From Octopus sinensis (Eukaryota), in NCBI RefSeq assembly GCF_006345805.1, contig NC_043006.1, positions 79,608,001 through 79,672,000 of the forward strand: a stretch of DNA of 64,000 nt, read 5' to 3'. Positions 12,621 to 27,604 of the stretch are shown piece by piece. The position numbers were made by a program, and so were the translations under genes. Each line of letters starts with the position of its first letter. Position 1 is the first letter of the stretch. The notes under the pieces are model-generated. The model did not search any database. It was not told the DNA's origin and was given only the letters and a program-made list of their open reading frames with translations.

Positions 12621-14289
12621 GTGTCCTTCCTTCTTTCCTTCACTTACACTCACACAACTTATGTCATCTTAGCTTCTATAAAATAAACCCAACATGTCTA
12701 GTTATTTTATAATTGAAACAAAATGATATAAAGCAATTTTAAAACTTAAATATCAAGTGTAATAATCTTAAGGAGCACTAAGTATTATTGATATAAAGCA
12801 ATTTGAAAAGTTAAATATTAAATGTAATAATCTTGAAGAGTACTAAATATTTTTAACACTAACAGACAATGAAGAACATAATGGAATTAAATCCCATGCA
12901 CTTAATGTAGATTCTTATCTATAATTAAAAGAATTTGTTAAAATCACTAGTTCAGATTTACTCAGTATTGCAATAGTTTGCCAGATATACAAATTTGTAC
13001 TTAAACCATTTCACACTAACCCATTTGATACTGCCTCTGGTTATATGATAGTTTAATATTTTAAAAATTAATTGAAGTAGTGTATTTTAACAGAAATATG
13101 TCAACAAAAGGGCTAAATGGTATACAAAACAATTTCTTTTTGTATTTAGACACAGGCATTGCTGTGTGGTTAAGAAGCTTGCTTCCAAACCACATGGTTC
13201 CGGGTTCAGTACCAACGCATGGCACCCTGGGCAAATGTCTTTCGCTATAGCCTCAAGCTGACCAAAGCCTTGTGAATGGATTTGGTAGATGGAAACTGAA
13301 AGCCCACCATGTGTGTATGTGTATGTGAATGCGTGTGTCTTTGTGCCTGAGTTTGTCCCCTGCCACAATATCACAACTGGTGTTGGTGTGTTTACATCCC
13401 TGCAACTTTCAGGACTAAATATACTTTGCTGATGTGGTCAAAATCAGACTGAAATATATATGTACTTACCAGAAAATTTTTTTTTTTTAACTTTTATTAA
13501 CACTGTTTTTCTCTTCTTCCCTGCATATTTGTATTTTTAGTTAGCATCAGTACTAGCTTACCAATTAATAATTAACCCAACCTAGTAAAGGAACTTCTAT
13601 AAAATAAGCTCAACCCATTCGACAAAAACCAAATCTTTCTCAAAATAGTTTCTATTCTTTTTAAAATAAAGGCCGTGAGTCCTTAAATCCTAGGCCTGAG
13701 GTAAATAATTCAAAAAGAAGGGAATTAACAATAAATATTTCAACAAGGTACATTTTATATAACAGCTGGACATGTCTTCACAGACTGGAAACAAAAGACA
13801 CTACTTGTATAACAGTGATGCTTGTTGGCAATTATCAAGCTTTGCCAAGACAAGGAGATACAAACACATCCACCCATTATACACACAAACAAACAAACAC
13901 ATACATACATATGATGGGCTTCTTTCAATTTCAACTACCAAAATCACTCACAAGGCTTTGGTCAATCGAGGGTTATAGTAGAAGACACTTGCCTAAAGTG
14001 CCATGCACTGAGTCTGAACCAAAAACCATGTGATTAGGAAATTAACTTCTTAACCCCACCATACCTGCAGAACAGGTATAGATTTAAGGAATAGATTTAA
14101 GCAAAGTTGTAATGAATTAAGAAGTGATCAAAATTGTTTTTTGCAAGAATGCAAATTGGAATGATATTGGTGAATGGAAGAGACAATTTAGAGAGAGTGA
14201 ATGATTATTGAACTTAGATGAAGACAGTGACAGTAAACATGTGTATCAACCGTGTCACATGTTGGACTTTGCACTCTCGTATTGCACAA

Positions 14290-14545
14290 AGTTTAACTTC
14301 TCTTCAAGGCCAGAAAATATTCCAGTCCTCACCAGCTATTAACACTCAATAAAGCTCAAGTGAGGTCCACAGTGGAGTGCTGCCCGCACATCTAGAATGA
14401 TGCTGCTTCTCTACGCAGACATTCTGGACCTCATCCAAAGAAGGATCACTTGATTGCCATTCAATCACCAATGGAGACATCCCAGCCTCTAGTCCGTGGA
14501 TATACTGTTTTCTCTCTGAGTTTTTTCCTAATGCTACTATAATGG
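14290..14545 (+). mobile_element. CR1/Jockey-like LINE RT C-terminal remnant
   Basis: Plus translation KAQVRSTVECCPHI*NDAAS...DILDLIQRRIT and SLSFF..YYNG, resembling the YKAQVRS.MEY.SH.W / LD.IQRRA motifs downstream of RT. Confidence 0.55.
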
Positions 14546-14605
14546 TTTCTGTTCTTCAGAGCTGATTCGTCTCATAAAAAAAAAGAACAAAATAACAAAA
14601 CTTAC

Positions 14606-14686
14606 CGGTACAGAGGCGCTTGTATTCTGTAACACTCCAATCAAAAACGTCATCTTGTTGGGAGCTGGGATGTTGCCATAGGTAGC
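14606..14686 (-). CDS. IPO5: Importin-5 coding exon 2
   Basis: Acceptor ttttaattctattttacacag| then 81 nt encoding ATYGNIPAPNKMTFLIGVLQNTSASVP (human [27 protein letters not shown]), then donor |gtaagt. Phase 0/0, joins exons 1 and 3 in frame. Confidence 0.93.
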
Positions 14687-17469
14687 CTGTGTAAAATAGA
14701 ATTAAAATGAAAGAAATATACTATCAGATTGAGTGCAATTAAATGTGTGTTTGTGTTGTTAGAGAGAGGGGGGAGAAGGAGAGGGAGAGAGAAAGAGAGA
14801 GAGTACTTCAAAAGTGCAGTGTACTTAAATTTCATTGTTTGATCAAATAAGAACTATACAGAAAATTAGAAACAGTGTTATAACAACTAATGGTGCACTT
14901 AAAACCCTACCAACACCTTCAAATTCTACTATAAACCTCAACAAGCTATGAAGACTTCATTGTGCTCTAATGGCTGCTTTGAGGTGGTTTATACAATTGG
15001 ATGCCCTTCCTGATGCTAACCACTTTACAAAGTGTATTGGCTGCTTTTGTGTGTGCGAGCTTGCACGTTTATGTGTGTACTAGCAAGGTTGCCCATACAA
15101 CTCATAAGGTTACAGAGCTCCTTTTACTGAGTGTACAAGCTTAGTAGAGAGAGTGGGGGGAGGCAGCTTTATGCAGAGGCTTCTTGCTGTAGAATTGATA
15201 CATGACTACTTTGCATTATATAATGTGGGTAGGAATAAGTAGGGTGGAGCTGGGGAGAGAGGTAAAGATGGTGATGAGGCATCTGTGTGCCCTCCAGGTA
15301 TAAAGTGAAGAAACAGTGGGGGACAGAAGACAAGAGTGGGGTGGGTAAATTTTGTAAGAGTGTGATAGAGATAGATGTAGAGAATAGTGAACAAGGGTGA
15401 AAGTGGGTTAGACATTTTCTTGGAAGTTCATCCTGTGTCTAAGGCAATACTTTCCCCAGTCCTTTGAAAACTGAACTGTTTAGTGGCCATGAATAATGAA
15501 CAAGGGGCCAGATGCACTTTTACAGAAGACTACAAACAAATGACAGCATTTATGTCAGTGGTTGTCAACCATTTGTTTTGCCTATGGACCCCTTTGCTCT
15601 ACTGGAGCTTCACGGCGAGGTAGGAAGGAAGAGAGAAATGGTCACAATTAAATTATACTAAAAATTATTTTAAATAATTGTTAAATTATTTTGTGTATTG
15701 TAGAAGAGTAACCACTTGATTGCTCATTAACTTTAACAAAATCTTATATGGACACCTCCCTCAAGGGTCATATGGACCCTAGTTGAGAACCACTGATTGA
15801 GATGCTATCTTCTGTTTATAATTAATATACACAAACTCACTAACTCACACATACACAGGCTTCATCCACTTCTGTGCAGCAAATTTCATTCATGAAATAT
15901 TGGTCAATTCGTGGTTATAGAAGAAGACACCAGCTGACAGTGTCCACAGAAGGAACAATCCCTAAACCACATGGTTTCAAAGTGAACTTAGCCATACTAC
16001 CAATACATATCATGATCATTTAACAGCCTTTTTTTCCATGCTGGCATGGGTAGAACAGTTTGATAAGAACAGACAAACCAGAGGACTCCACCAAGTTCTA
16101 TGAATTCTATGTCTGCTTTGGCATGGTTTCTATACCTTCTTAAAACCAACCACTGAACATAGTGTACTGGGAGCCTTTTACGTGGCACCAGTGAGGTCGC
16201 CAAGTACCTGCAAGATAAGAACCCCCATGACCCTCAGCTGAACAGAATATGGACTGGAGGAATAAGAAACTGACATATATATATATATTACACTCATACA
16301 CACAAACAAGACAGACAGACAGAAACAAGCAAAAGTCAGAGATGTAGGCAGCAGCAAATACAGAATATTATGGATTAGTTCTTTTATACTGATTACAAAA
16401 TCTCATGAGTCTGTCTGTCAGATTTAGTCACACAAATTTTAACCCAGAATGTGCAGCATTAAATATCAGTTATACAAAATTCTATCAGGTAGATTAAATC
16501 TTTTAATTTTCCTAATGTAACCAACACATCTTTGTCTGAAGATAATGGTTTCTGCAGGTCTAAATGAAATTGCACATTTTTGCTTTTAGTAGGTTGGTTG
16601 GTGGTTGGTTTGTTTGCTTTTTTAAGTAGCTAAACAGCAAACTGAGATTGAGAAGACTTATCAATGTTGATTCGTCCTTTTAGCTGTTGCCGAAATTGCT
16701 ACTGATAAACATTGTTATCATAATTACTACTGTCACACATATATTGATTCCTGGAACAAATACACTGATTTCTAGCAGAGGGCCTCAGATCTATAAGAAT
16801 GAAAATAACACTGCATGACTTCTTGCATCCTTTACAGAAGATATTTCTAACATGACTAAAATGGTTTCAATCACAGATGGAAACCAAATTGGGTGCTTGT
16901 TCAATAGCAGTTACCCACTGAGCTCATAATGTAAAATAGTAGCCAAATCTCACTGAAATTACCTAATTGTCTTGCTAAAGGAAAGGACATATTAGATAAT
17001 ATAGTTTTGAGTTCAAATGCCACCAAGGTCAACTTTGCCTTTCATTCTTTGGGGTGAGGGTAAAATAAGGACCAGTTAAATACTGGGGGTCAATGTAATC
17101 AACTACCCACTCCTTGAAATTGCTGGCCAAGTACCAAAATTTCAAACCTATAAGATTAACATCTGTCAAAAAAATGCTGTTGTGTACACAATGGAGTCTT
17201 TGCTCTGTAGACAAATCCAGCCATTGAAGTGTTCATTGTTCAAAGGCAAGAAGAAATAGCATTTCACTTGGAGACAAGTGATGGATGGCAACAAGAAGAG
17301 TATCAGGCATTAGGAAAACTGCCTCAGTTTTATCTGACCTATAGCCACATGGAAAAGTATAAACATCATAATGATGCTGATAAGACAATGATAAGGATAA
17401 TGAAAATAATTATCTAATAGTAAAACTTTAATTAAATAGTCAGAAGAAATGCTGCTAAACACTTTTTTT

Positions 17470-17900
17470 CATGCACTAACAATTTCGCCAGCTTGCCACA
17501 AGGCCCACAATATTAGGAGAAGAGATAGTTGATTACATTGCCCCAGTGCTCAACTGGTACTATTTTCTCAACCCCAAAAGTACAAAGGGCAAAGTCAACC
17601 AGAGCAAGAGAAAATGCCTAAACATCTGCCCAGCATGCTAACAATTCTGCCAGCTCAATGCCTTAATATACTACTAATAATAATAATGGTTTCAAATTTT
17701 GCCACAAGGGAAGCCATTTTAGTGGGAGGGGATGAGTCGATTTCATCAACTCCAGTGTTCAACTGGTGCTTATTTTATCGACCCTGAAAGGATGAAAGGC
17801 AAAGTCGATCTCAGCGGAATTTGACTTCAGAATGTAACGACGGGCAAAATACCGCTAAGTATTTCATCTGGTGCGCTAGCAATTCTGCCAGCTCGTCGTC
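17470..17900 (-). mobile_element. Head-to-tail tandem tRNA-SINE copies with (TTA)n tails
   Basis: Repeated gagctggcagaat..gttagc / gttcaaattcc heads and cctttcatcctttc..ggtcgataaaataagtaccag central domain, separated by (taa)n. Confidence 0.7.
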
Positions 17901-19655
17901 CTACTACTACTAATAATAACAACAACATGGGAGACAGCAAATATTCTGCTCAATGCCACACATTTGCTTGTCGGTTTTTTGACCATGACCAACTGAGCAT
18001 GTCCCTTAGTGACTGACAATATGTACATCTTTGATCACAGGAGTAGTGGGGAAGCATCATAGCCATGTGTTGAGAGGAATTCTTTGGGGTTTAAATAATT
18101 CACCTCCGGAAGCATCATCCTTAAACAACCCTCATTCAGATACCTTTAGAGTGGGGTAGGCTACTCAAACTGAAGAAAATTCTAACTGAGCTCCACCTGC
18201 AAGGTCATGTGCTGTTTATCTTGATATAAGGTCACCATGTCACGCACTTATGGTTGTGATGCATGTCTCTGATGTACCCTTATCTGATGGGTAGTCATGA
18301 TGGGTATATTGGGCTTCATATATTTGTACCCTAGTGTCACTTTGATGGCATGCATTGCTTTTTTATTCAATAATAATAATAAAAACCAGAATTTATAGAG
18401 TAGTTGATTTTATTCTAGTACTTCACTGATACTTTATTTTATTTATTTATCGGCACCTGGGGGATGAAAAGCAAAGTTGGCTTAGAACACAGAATGTAAA
18501 GAACCAAAAGAAATACTGCAAGGCATTTTGTTCAATGCTCAAATGATTCTGTCAAGCCACTGCTTGCTGTCACTGGAGATGATGATGATGATGATGATAG
18601 TGATGATAAATAAAATTATTGCTGTTATTGTCCAAACAGCTGTTATTCGATTTCAGCATGCAGAATCAACTAACCAACAAATTTGAGAGCTATCGTATTA
18701 AATACCAGCCAAAATGAAGATCAGCAATATTCTAGTTCATTAAGTTTGGATTTGTGACTGGCATATATTATATTCATTTTAATTTTGACAAGTTAAGTAG
18801 ATGAAAGCAAAACCCTACAGCTACTGCTGTCACCTTAGCAACAACACAACAGCAGAACGATGTTACATGCACATGTGGTTGAGCATGTGTAATGTAAATA
18901 ACCTTTTTGCAGCTAGATGCCCTTTTAAATATCAATCACATTATGTAAAAACAGGGAAGGAGAGAGAGAGAGGAGTTAGTATGTAGGTTTGGGGAGGTAA
19001 AACTATTAATATTATTTACAAGGACATTTCTAACAGCTTTATAGTTTTGTGCTCTTTTATCTGAACACTATCCAAAATATCAGCAATAACATGAAAATTT
19101 AGCAGCTGGAGGTCAGGTCACCAAACTATTTACAATACAATATGCTTATGGTGTCTACGAATAATTAACATCAGTGATTTGTTAATTAATTCATTATTCT
19201 TAATATGCTGGTCTTTCACATGTACTTATGTGCTCTATTACATAGCTACTTAGTGATTCTCACACACTCCTTTGGAAAGCACAGAGAAGTATGTGCTCAG
19301 CTAAGGAGGTTTAATAGGACCAAAACATGTCTGGAGTTATCTCCTGTACTTGTCAAACAATTAAATAATAACATTCATTGAACTAATGCTGTCTTTTCTC
19401 CATCACATAAAATACCTTAATGCTAGATTAAGCATTATCAATATGATCGCAGAAACATAGAACTGGAGTCGTCTCAATTAACTATACCATATTCATTTAC
19501 TAAAGCAGTGTCCTTGTGCTTAAGAGAAAAATCACTATACTTTTTACAATAGAAAATGACAAATAAACAAGTTAATTTTATAACCTCAGATTCTTACTTA
19601 ATAAATCCAATCTGCCTAAGACCACCCTGTAGTTCTATGATACAAATTCCTTGTT

Positions 19656-19884
19656 TTAACCCTTTAGCATTCATATTTCTTTGTCAAATGTAATGCTTAT
19701 TTATTCACATTGGTTTGAATTAATCATGTATTATCTTGTAGCTTCAAGATTTCAATGGTGTGTTTGTATATTTTTAGAATGACATCGTAGGGTAAGTGTG
19801 AGAGATTGGATATGGTCAGTTTTAACGTAAATCAGATGGAATATTTCAGCCAGGACATGGCCAGATAAAATGCTAAAGGCTTAA
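19656..19884 (+). mobile_element. piggyBac-like MITE with TTAA at both ends, nested in another repeat
   Basis: ttaa|ccctttagcat ... atgctaaaggc|ttaa. The flanks resemble a second repeat seen at ~24520 and ~26660. Confidence 0.8.
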
Positions 19885-22704
19885 ACCAATCTAAATTAAA
19901 ACTTTAATCAAAATTCCATATTAATTTAGATTTCAAACACTAGTTCAATAACAAAGTTATTTCAATAAATTCTAAGCCATTTTCAAAATTAACTGAAACA
20001 AAAGCAGGTATTTCAACAGAAACATGGAGTTAAAAGTATTAAAAATTCCCTTCGTTACACATTTTCCAATAATTGGCTGAGCCAGTGTAGCTGCATCCAG
20101 AACACTAACTCAGAAGCACTAGTTCAATAATTACTACTGAGTGATTCCAACCCTTTTAAAAGTTAGACCCTAATTCTAGTAATTAATCTCTGGATACTAA
20201 TTTGTGAGATGACACTACATCCTATCTAGAGGGAATTGATTTATCATAGATTACCAACCCAATCAGGAGTCTCTCTCTCTCTCTTTAACACTTTGGACAC
20301 TAAGAACTATAATGGGGTAATTTGTCCCAGGAAGCTAAAAATTAATTAAATGTCCCATTAGGGATAGTGAATTATATTCATTACTTTGAATGAAAATATT
20401 GAATTAAGAGATCAAAATTAATTATTGTAATTACACCTGAAACTTAAGAACAAGGTCAACAAGAGAACATCAGAGATGATTGCCTTACCACAATAGACAA
20501 GGCTACAGTGATTTTTAAATTCCTTTTAGCATTTAAATGATACATAGACGTTTTTATTTGGTTACAATTTTGATTTTATATAGTTTTTAATAATATTTTC
20601 GCTATTTGTTGTGATGACAATGATCACCATCATTATTTTAATCTGCTTTTCTATGACAAGATTTGTCAATGCAATTTCTATGATTGGATGATGTTCCTGT
20701 TACCAACCCTTGCCTGTTTCCAAGCAAAATAATATTTTCTCCGAGTCTAAATATTTTCATGGAAAATTACAGATAAATATCACTGTTTGAACAGTGGTTA
20801 TGTTTGTTTACAATTAGCATAAGTACCAATTGAGTGGGATCAATGTGACCAACTAGCCCCTTCACTGCCAATAATCCCAAGCCTTGTGCCTGTAGTAAAA
20901 AATATTAGCATACAATGTCAAAATAAACACACACGTGTATGTGATTGGCTTCATTTCAGTTTCCATCTATCAAATTCATTCATAAGGGCTAAAGAAGAAG
21001 ACACTTGCTTAAAGTACCATGCAGTGGAACTGAAGCTGAAACCATATGGCTTGTCATTTATTAAAAGATAAGACAATACTCGTTATGCCCATAAGGTGCT
21101 GGAATTAATGCTTTATGGAATTTCTTCCAACTTCATTTACTAAAGTAATGTCCTTGTACTAAAGAGTTCAAATGTCACCTAGGTCAACTTTGCCTTTCAT
21201 CATTTCAGAGTTGATAAAATAAGTACCAGATGAGTACAGTGATCAATGGTAATCGACTTAGCCACGCCTTTGAAATTGCTGGCTTTGTGCCAAAATTTGA
21301 AACCGATATTCATTATGACCAAAATGGCACAATATGATAATAATCCTTCCTATGTGTGAGCAACCTTTCTTTCAACTTCATGGAATGGTTGTAAACAAGG
21401 TATTCTGATATTTCTGAACCACAGCAGTCAAGAGGGAAATGAACTGGAGCTGATAGGGTTTCATATGAGATGAAAGCTAAGGTAAAGAGGTTGGAAGACT
21501 CAAAGAGGGATATATAGAAAGGGAGACAAGCTGTACATTAAAAGGCTCAACCAACCTCACTTAACATTTTACATTAATGCTAAAAAGACTTTGAATCAAT
21601 TTATCATCATTTTTTTTTTTAAAGTCCATTTTCCATGCTGGCATGGGATGGACAGTTTGACAGGAGCTAGCAAGTCAGAAGGCTGTGCCAAACTCAACTG
21701 TCTGCTTTGGCATGCTTTCTACAACTGGATGCTTTTCTTAACACCAACCACTTTACAGAATGTACTGAGTGCTTTTTTTATGGCACCAGCACTGGTGAAG
21801 TCACCAGGTAACTTATAAGACAAGACTCCTCCAAGTCAACAAGGGAACCACAACAGTCTTGCTCAATCTGCTAGAAACAGCAACCAAATCTTCCTAAAAT
21901 TATGTGTCTTCAAAAATGGAAGGCAGATACGTTAGATAATGTAGTCCTAATTTATGCTTGACATGGTGGTGCAGGCTAGAACATCTTAAACCATAAGTTT
22001 CAGTCAAAGTTGATCTGAGACTAAACAGCAACTATGTGTCTTTGAGCAGTCTTTTCCTTTTCTTTCTTTTTTTAATGCTTATGTGAATGGGATGGTTTAC
22101 ATGTTGGAGCAATTGCTTGTATAACTAGATGTGAAGTAGAAAGCAGATCCAGTTTCTGTTCAGCCAGGCAAACTAGAGCAAGCAGCTAAGCGCCTAGTTC
22201 AAGGACACAGAACAATGGCAACAGTGAAGAGATCAATAGTCCAGCATCTCACAGCCACTAACGTTGGGTATGTGTGTGCTTGTGAGAGTGTGTATTTGAA
22301 TTCATTCATCTTTGTAATGCACTCTGTTGAAGCTTTATACAAGGAAATGATTTCACTTTATATGTATAGATAGATAGACAAACAGAGATAAGATATAGAT
22401 ATACAAACATATACATACATATTCACACACCTACATCATTCGCAGCAGCAGTAAAATGTGTATGTATGTATGTGTGTGTGTGTGATAGAAATGATAAGAC
22501 AACAAAAGAATGAAAGAGACCTGGATATTATGTAAATAGAGGAATTTATCTAAATATAATATGTACATATATATGTCACGTATTATATTTAGATACATAC
22601 ATAGACATATATATATTCAAATGGCAGTGCTCCAGCATGGCCCCAGTCAAATGACTGAGGCAAGTAAAAGAATAAAAGAATACACACACACACACACACA
22701 CACA

Positions 22705-23957
22705 TCGGGTCATCCCATAAGTTCTGTCCAAATTTTGAATAAAGAAAACAAGTGATCAAATGTTATATTTAATTGAAATTTAATCATCAATGTACTTTCC
22801 CTGATTATCTATGACTTCCTTCCATCTATTTACAAGCTTTTTAATCCCATCAATGTAAAACTCTTGGTTTCAAAGCGAAGGACTCTGAAATGTCAGTTTC
22901 AACCTCCTCCTGGCTTGCGAAAGTTATGTTCCCCAAATAATTCTGTAAACTACGAAACAAATGGTAGTCTGAAGGAGCAAGGTCGGGAAAATAAGGTGGA
23001 TGAGGAATTTTTTCCCAACCAAGCTTTTCCATCTTCTGTTATGTGATCTTTGCAGTGTGGAGTCGCATATTGTCCTGATGAAACATCACTCCATTTCGAT
23101 TCACTAAAGCGGGTCTTTTTTTCTTCAAAGCTTGGTTCAAACGCTCTAATTGCTGACAGTAGACTTGAGCATTGATTGTGGCAGTGGGTGGTAACAATTC
23201 AAAGGGAATTACTCATTTGCAATCCCACCAGATAGAAAGAAGAACCTTTTCCCCATGAAGTTCCCTTCTCGGTTGTGGTTGAGCTTTTTCCCTTTTACCA
23301 AGCCACTATTTATGACGATCCATTTTTCATCACCAGTCACAAATCTATCCAAAAAGGGTGAAATGAGTTTATGAGAAAGGCGAGAAGAGCAGATGTCAAC
23401 TCGGGATTTGCGGTTGCTTTCAGACAATTCATATGAGTCACCCATTTTCCAAGTTTAGGAACGTTTCCAAGCTGTTGAAGATGATGATGAACAGTTGTAT
23501 GGTTTGAACTAAGCTTTATTGCCAATTCTTCAACTGATAATGCAGGATTTTCTTCAAGTAATGCCTCAAGGAGCTTATCATCAAACTCAACTGGACGTCC
23601 TATTCAATCTTCATCTTCAAGTCTGAAATCTCCTCTTCTGAATTTTGCAAACCATCTTCTGCAAGTTCTTTCAATCAAGCATTCTTTCCCATAAACTGAG
23701 TGTATGTTTTGAATCGCTTCAGCTGCAGAGTTTCCTTTTTTGTACTCATAAAGCATTATGTGCCTCAAATGCTCTTTGGATATTTCCATGTTAGAAAAGG
23801 TTTTAATCAAAGAAATTTTAATTCTATTATTCTGTAAAATAATATTTAATTAGTTTAAATGTACACAAATACATAAAAATAATTTTTAATTCCATTAGAC
23901 ATTCTAAAATACTATTAAATTTCATTCAATTTTAAAAAGGTAAAATCAGACAGAACC
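22705..23957 (-). mobile_element. Near full-length mariner (DD34D) element, transposase pseudogene ~23789-22780
   Basis: MEISKEHLRHIMLYEYKKG..TCRRWFAKFR, VTGDEKW, HQDN, HPPYFPDLAPSDYHLFRSL, GKYIDD* with stops and frameshifts. Partial TIR match tcgggtcatcccataagttctgtcc / aaaatcagacagaacc. Confidence 0.92.
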
Positions 23958-26899
23958 TAATATATAAAATTTTCAGTTAATGTTCACTTTTCCAGGCTTG
24001 CATGGGTCAAATGGAATTTGTTGTGGCAGATTGTTTTGTATCCAGATGCCCTTTCTGTCACCAACCCTCACTTTTTTTCACGCAAGATAATATTTTCTGG
24101 TGGCCATACATGTTTTCCACAAAAGACTGGAAATGGACAACACTGCTTGTATGACAGTGAAGTGCATTTACAACCATCACCTGATGTTAGGACAAGAGTA
24201 CACACATCATCATCATCATCTAACATCCATTTTCATTACTGACATGGGTTGGACGGCTTGACAGGAACCACACCAGGTTCCATGATCTGCTTTAGCTTTG
24301 TTTCTACAGCTGGATGCCCTTCCAAATGCCAACCACTTTACAGTGTACTGGGTGCTTTTTATGTGGTACCACCACCAACAAACACACAAGCACACACATA
24401 CATATGAAGAGCTTCTTTCAGTTTTCATCAACCAAATCTAATCACAAAGCTTTGGTCAGCACAGGTCCATAGTAGAAAACATTTGCCCAAACTTTTTAAT
24501 ATGAACTCACCAAAGACTGCCCTTCGCTCTATGGTACAAAGATCCCATTTTAAAATGACCCAATTAAAATTTCATGTCAAATTACTGCAGGCATCTGCTT
24601 ATTAATGCAAAACTATCTTACTATACTGTAAAATATAATTACCAACTAAATGTGGCAGTCCCATAGAGGACGATGCTACTATTGTTTTTAGCCCCAGGAG
24701 GACATCTCCTCAAGCTGGCTAATGACTCACTGTCAGTGTCCGATTAGTATTTGTGAGGGGAAATCATTGTTCCCATCTCTAGCTTTACATGATACACACA
24801 GACCGGTCTGAAGAAGAACTGAAAACAAACATCTAATGCACTTGCTTTTGCATGGGAAAGGTGATGAGTAACATTGAAGTTTCACCAGTCCTTGACCTCA
24901 TTGACTCAACATGGATCCTTTTCATAGATTATGTATTAAGTAGTGTTGGAGGAGTCTGGTTCAGTAAGTACAATTAATTCTTAGTTATATTTTACTACAG
25001 TTAGCTGAAGTACACACACACAGATACATAAAGTGAGAAAGGGAGACGGACAGACAGTTATAAACTTTAAAAGTGTCTGAAAAACGTTTCACCTGATCTT
25101 ATTTTAGGAAAATAATAGTAGAGAGAGAGAGAGGAGTAATGCTAGCTGATAATCTGCAGTATTAAACAGTAAAGCCAAACTAAAGATAAAATAATTAGCA
25201 AGAGGATTGAAGAAGTAGAGCAAAACTAGGATTAACATTAAGAAATGTAAGATAAATACTAAGAAATATAAAATATATATATAAACTCCTAAAGATTCTT
25301 TTCAATTCAACAGACAAAAGTTTGTGGATAGATTAAGATACCTACCAGGTGATGGGTGACATAATGATGGAATAGCATGGTAGAGTCAGAAAAGGTAAGA
25401 GACAAGCCAGGAGAGAAAGGAAGAGGGTAATAACAAACAGAACCACGAAGCCAGACAATTAGTATAGCTACCTAAAGGAGAAATTGAAAGCAAGAGGGTG
25501 ACCAATGTTCTTTGCTATGAGATATGGATGTCAGGAGTTCCACAATGTGAAACCTGCCGATAGTAATGGTTTCAAACTTTAGCATAAAGCCAGCAGTTAT
25601 GAGAAGGGAAGTAAGTTGATTACATCAACCCCAGTGCTCAACTGGTACTTATTTTATCAACCCTGGAAGGATGAAAAACAAAGTAGGCCTCGGCAGAATT
25701 TGAACTCAGACGGTAATGACAGATGAAATGCTGCTAAGTATTTTGCCCTGCATGCTAATGATTCTGCCAGACCACCGCCACTGCCACCAATAATAATAAT
25801 AATACTAATAATAATAATGTGTTGTCATGTACATTGTTTTGTCTTGGCATAAAAGATGGGCTACAACAAATATTCTGCTCAATACCACAGATTTGGTTGT
25901 CAGATGTTTGACCATAACCAGTTAAGCATGTCCCTTAGTGACTGACGATATGTGCATCTCTGATCACAAGCCAAAATAGTGGGGGAGCATCATAGCCATG
26001 TGTTGAGAGGAATTCTTTGGGGTTGAAATAATTCACCTCTGAAAATATGGGTATTTCGTTCAACATCATTAAAAGACAGAATTTGTTGAAGCAGATTGTC
26101 TATGGCAAGATTCCCTTCCTGTTTCCAAGTAAGGCAATATTTCCCTGCGGCCAGAATATCACAGAATATTGGAAACAAAGAGCATTGCTTGCATAACAGT
26201 GACACTCATTTACAACTATCATGCAATGTCAAGATAAGGAGAGAATAATACACACACACACACACACACACAGATATATAGAAGAAGACATTCACCCAAG
26301 GTGTCACACAGTGGGACAGAACCTGAAACCATGTGGTTGGGAAGCAAACTTCTTACCATACAGCCACACCTGTACTTACAAGTGTATTAATTTTCTTTCT
26401 CCAGAAGAAAACAGACTTTGGAACTTCTTGTAACCAGCTCTGATTCAATTTTCAACTTTACCCTTAACTCTTACAGCAGCTTACACAATTGTCCAGAAAC
26501 AAATGTGCACTCCAACTTGTGACTAATGCCAACTACTTCTATGATAGTCTACACTCAAAAACCTATCTTTAAATGACAATTATTTTGCTATAAGTTCAAA
26601 TTCCACAAGAGTTAACTAAAAATTTCTTTGACAGTAACAAAATAGCTTAACTCTAATACTAACCCCCTTGAGATTGCCTCTGGCTTTATGGTACAAATTT
26701 CCAGTTTTCAAGTGAACTAATTTAAAAACTTCCTCCAAAATTTCATGTTAATTCATGTTTCAAATATCAACTTAATACATATATGTATGTAAGAACAGAG
26801 AATGGAATTCCAGAGGGCTAATGTCTCTGAGAAGGAAGACTGCCATAGTAATTAATGAGAGGATGAGTGGTGGGCAGAATCTGGGTGACAACAGGAAGA

Positions 26900-27260
26900 G
26901 ACTAGCCATTTCTAAAAAAAGAGATGGCCATGGTAGAAGTAAAAGTAGAACAAGGAGATAGCATGTCTACGGGGTAGCAGTGCAGTTGTGAGCCACTTCA
27001 TGATAATCAGTTTCATGGCCAGGGTAGGGGAAAATGCATGTGCAATAATAGCACTACCCATATGTGAAAATAGTAGCCCAGTGTGGGGTCCCACTTGAGT
27101 ATTTTGTAAAACTGCTGAATGCCAAAGTATTTTCTGAAACAAAAGACAAAAATCCCAGTCTTTGCAATAAAGTTTTTGCTGCCATAAGATATGAGAATTC
27201 ACTTGTATTTTGCCAATGTGCTCCAACTTCTTGCACAAAAGCAAATGTATGAGTTCGCGA
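26900..27260 (-). mobile_element. 5' (left-end) fragment of a mariner family
   Basis: 27011-27254 is the reverse complement of 27643-27892 inside the neighbouring mariner derivative. Confidence 0.7.
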
Positions 27261-27604
27261 AAAACATTCCAAAATTTCCCTCTTAAAGACTGCTTTACGA
27301 GAGGAAGCAAACCATATATAGTAAATGCTAACATATTTCTCTCATTTCACATATCAGCTTAAAAAAAAGAGAGGGGGTGCAGAAACTAATAACTGTTTAC
27401 ATTAGAGATTGTTAAAAAGTAGTAGCACCTCAGAAAGAAGGGTCATACATCTGTAGTTATTCCCACAAAGCATCTAAATGTGGTTTCAATTGATTCAATA
27501 ATACATTAGGGTTGCATGTTCACCACTCTCTTACCAAAAGACAGCACCTCAACATATCCACAGATAACTATTGATACAGATGAATATCAAATTTTATATA
27601 TATA

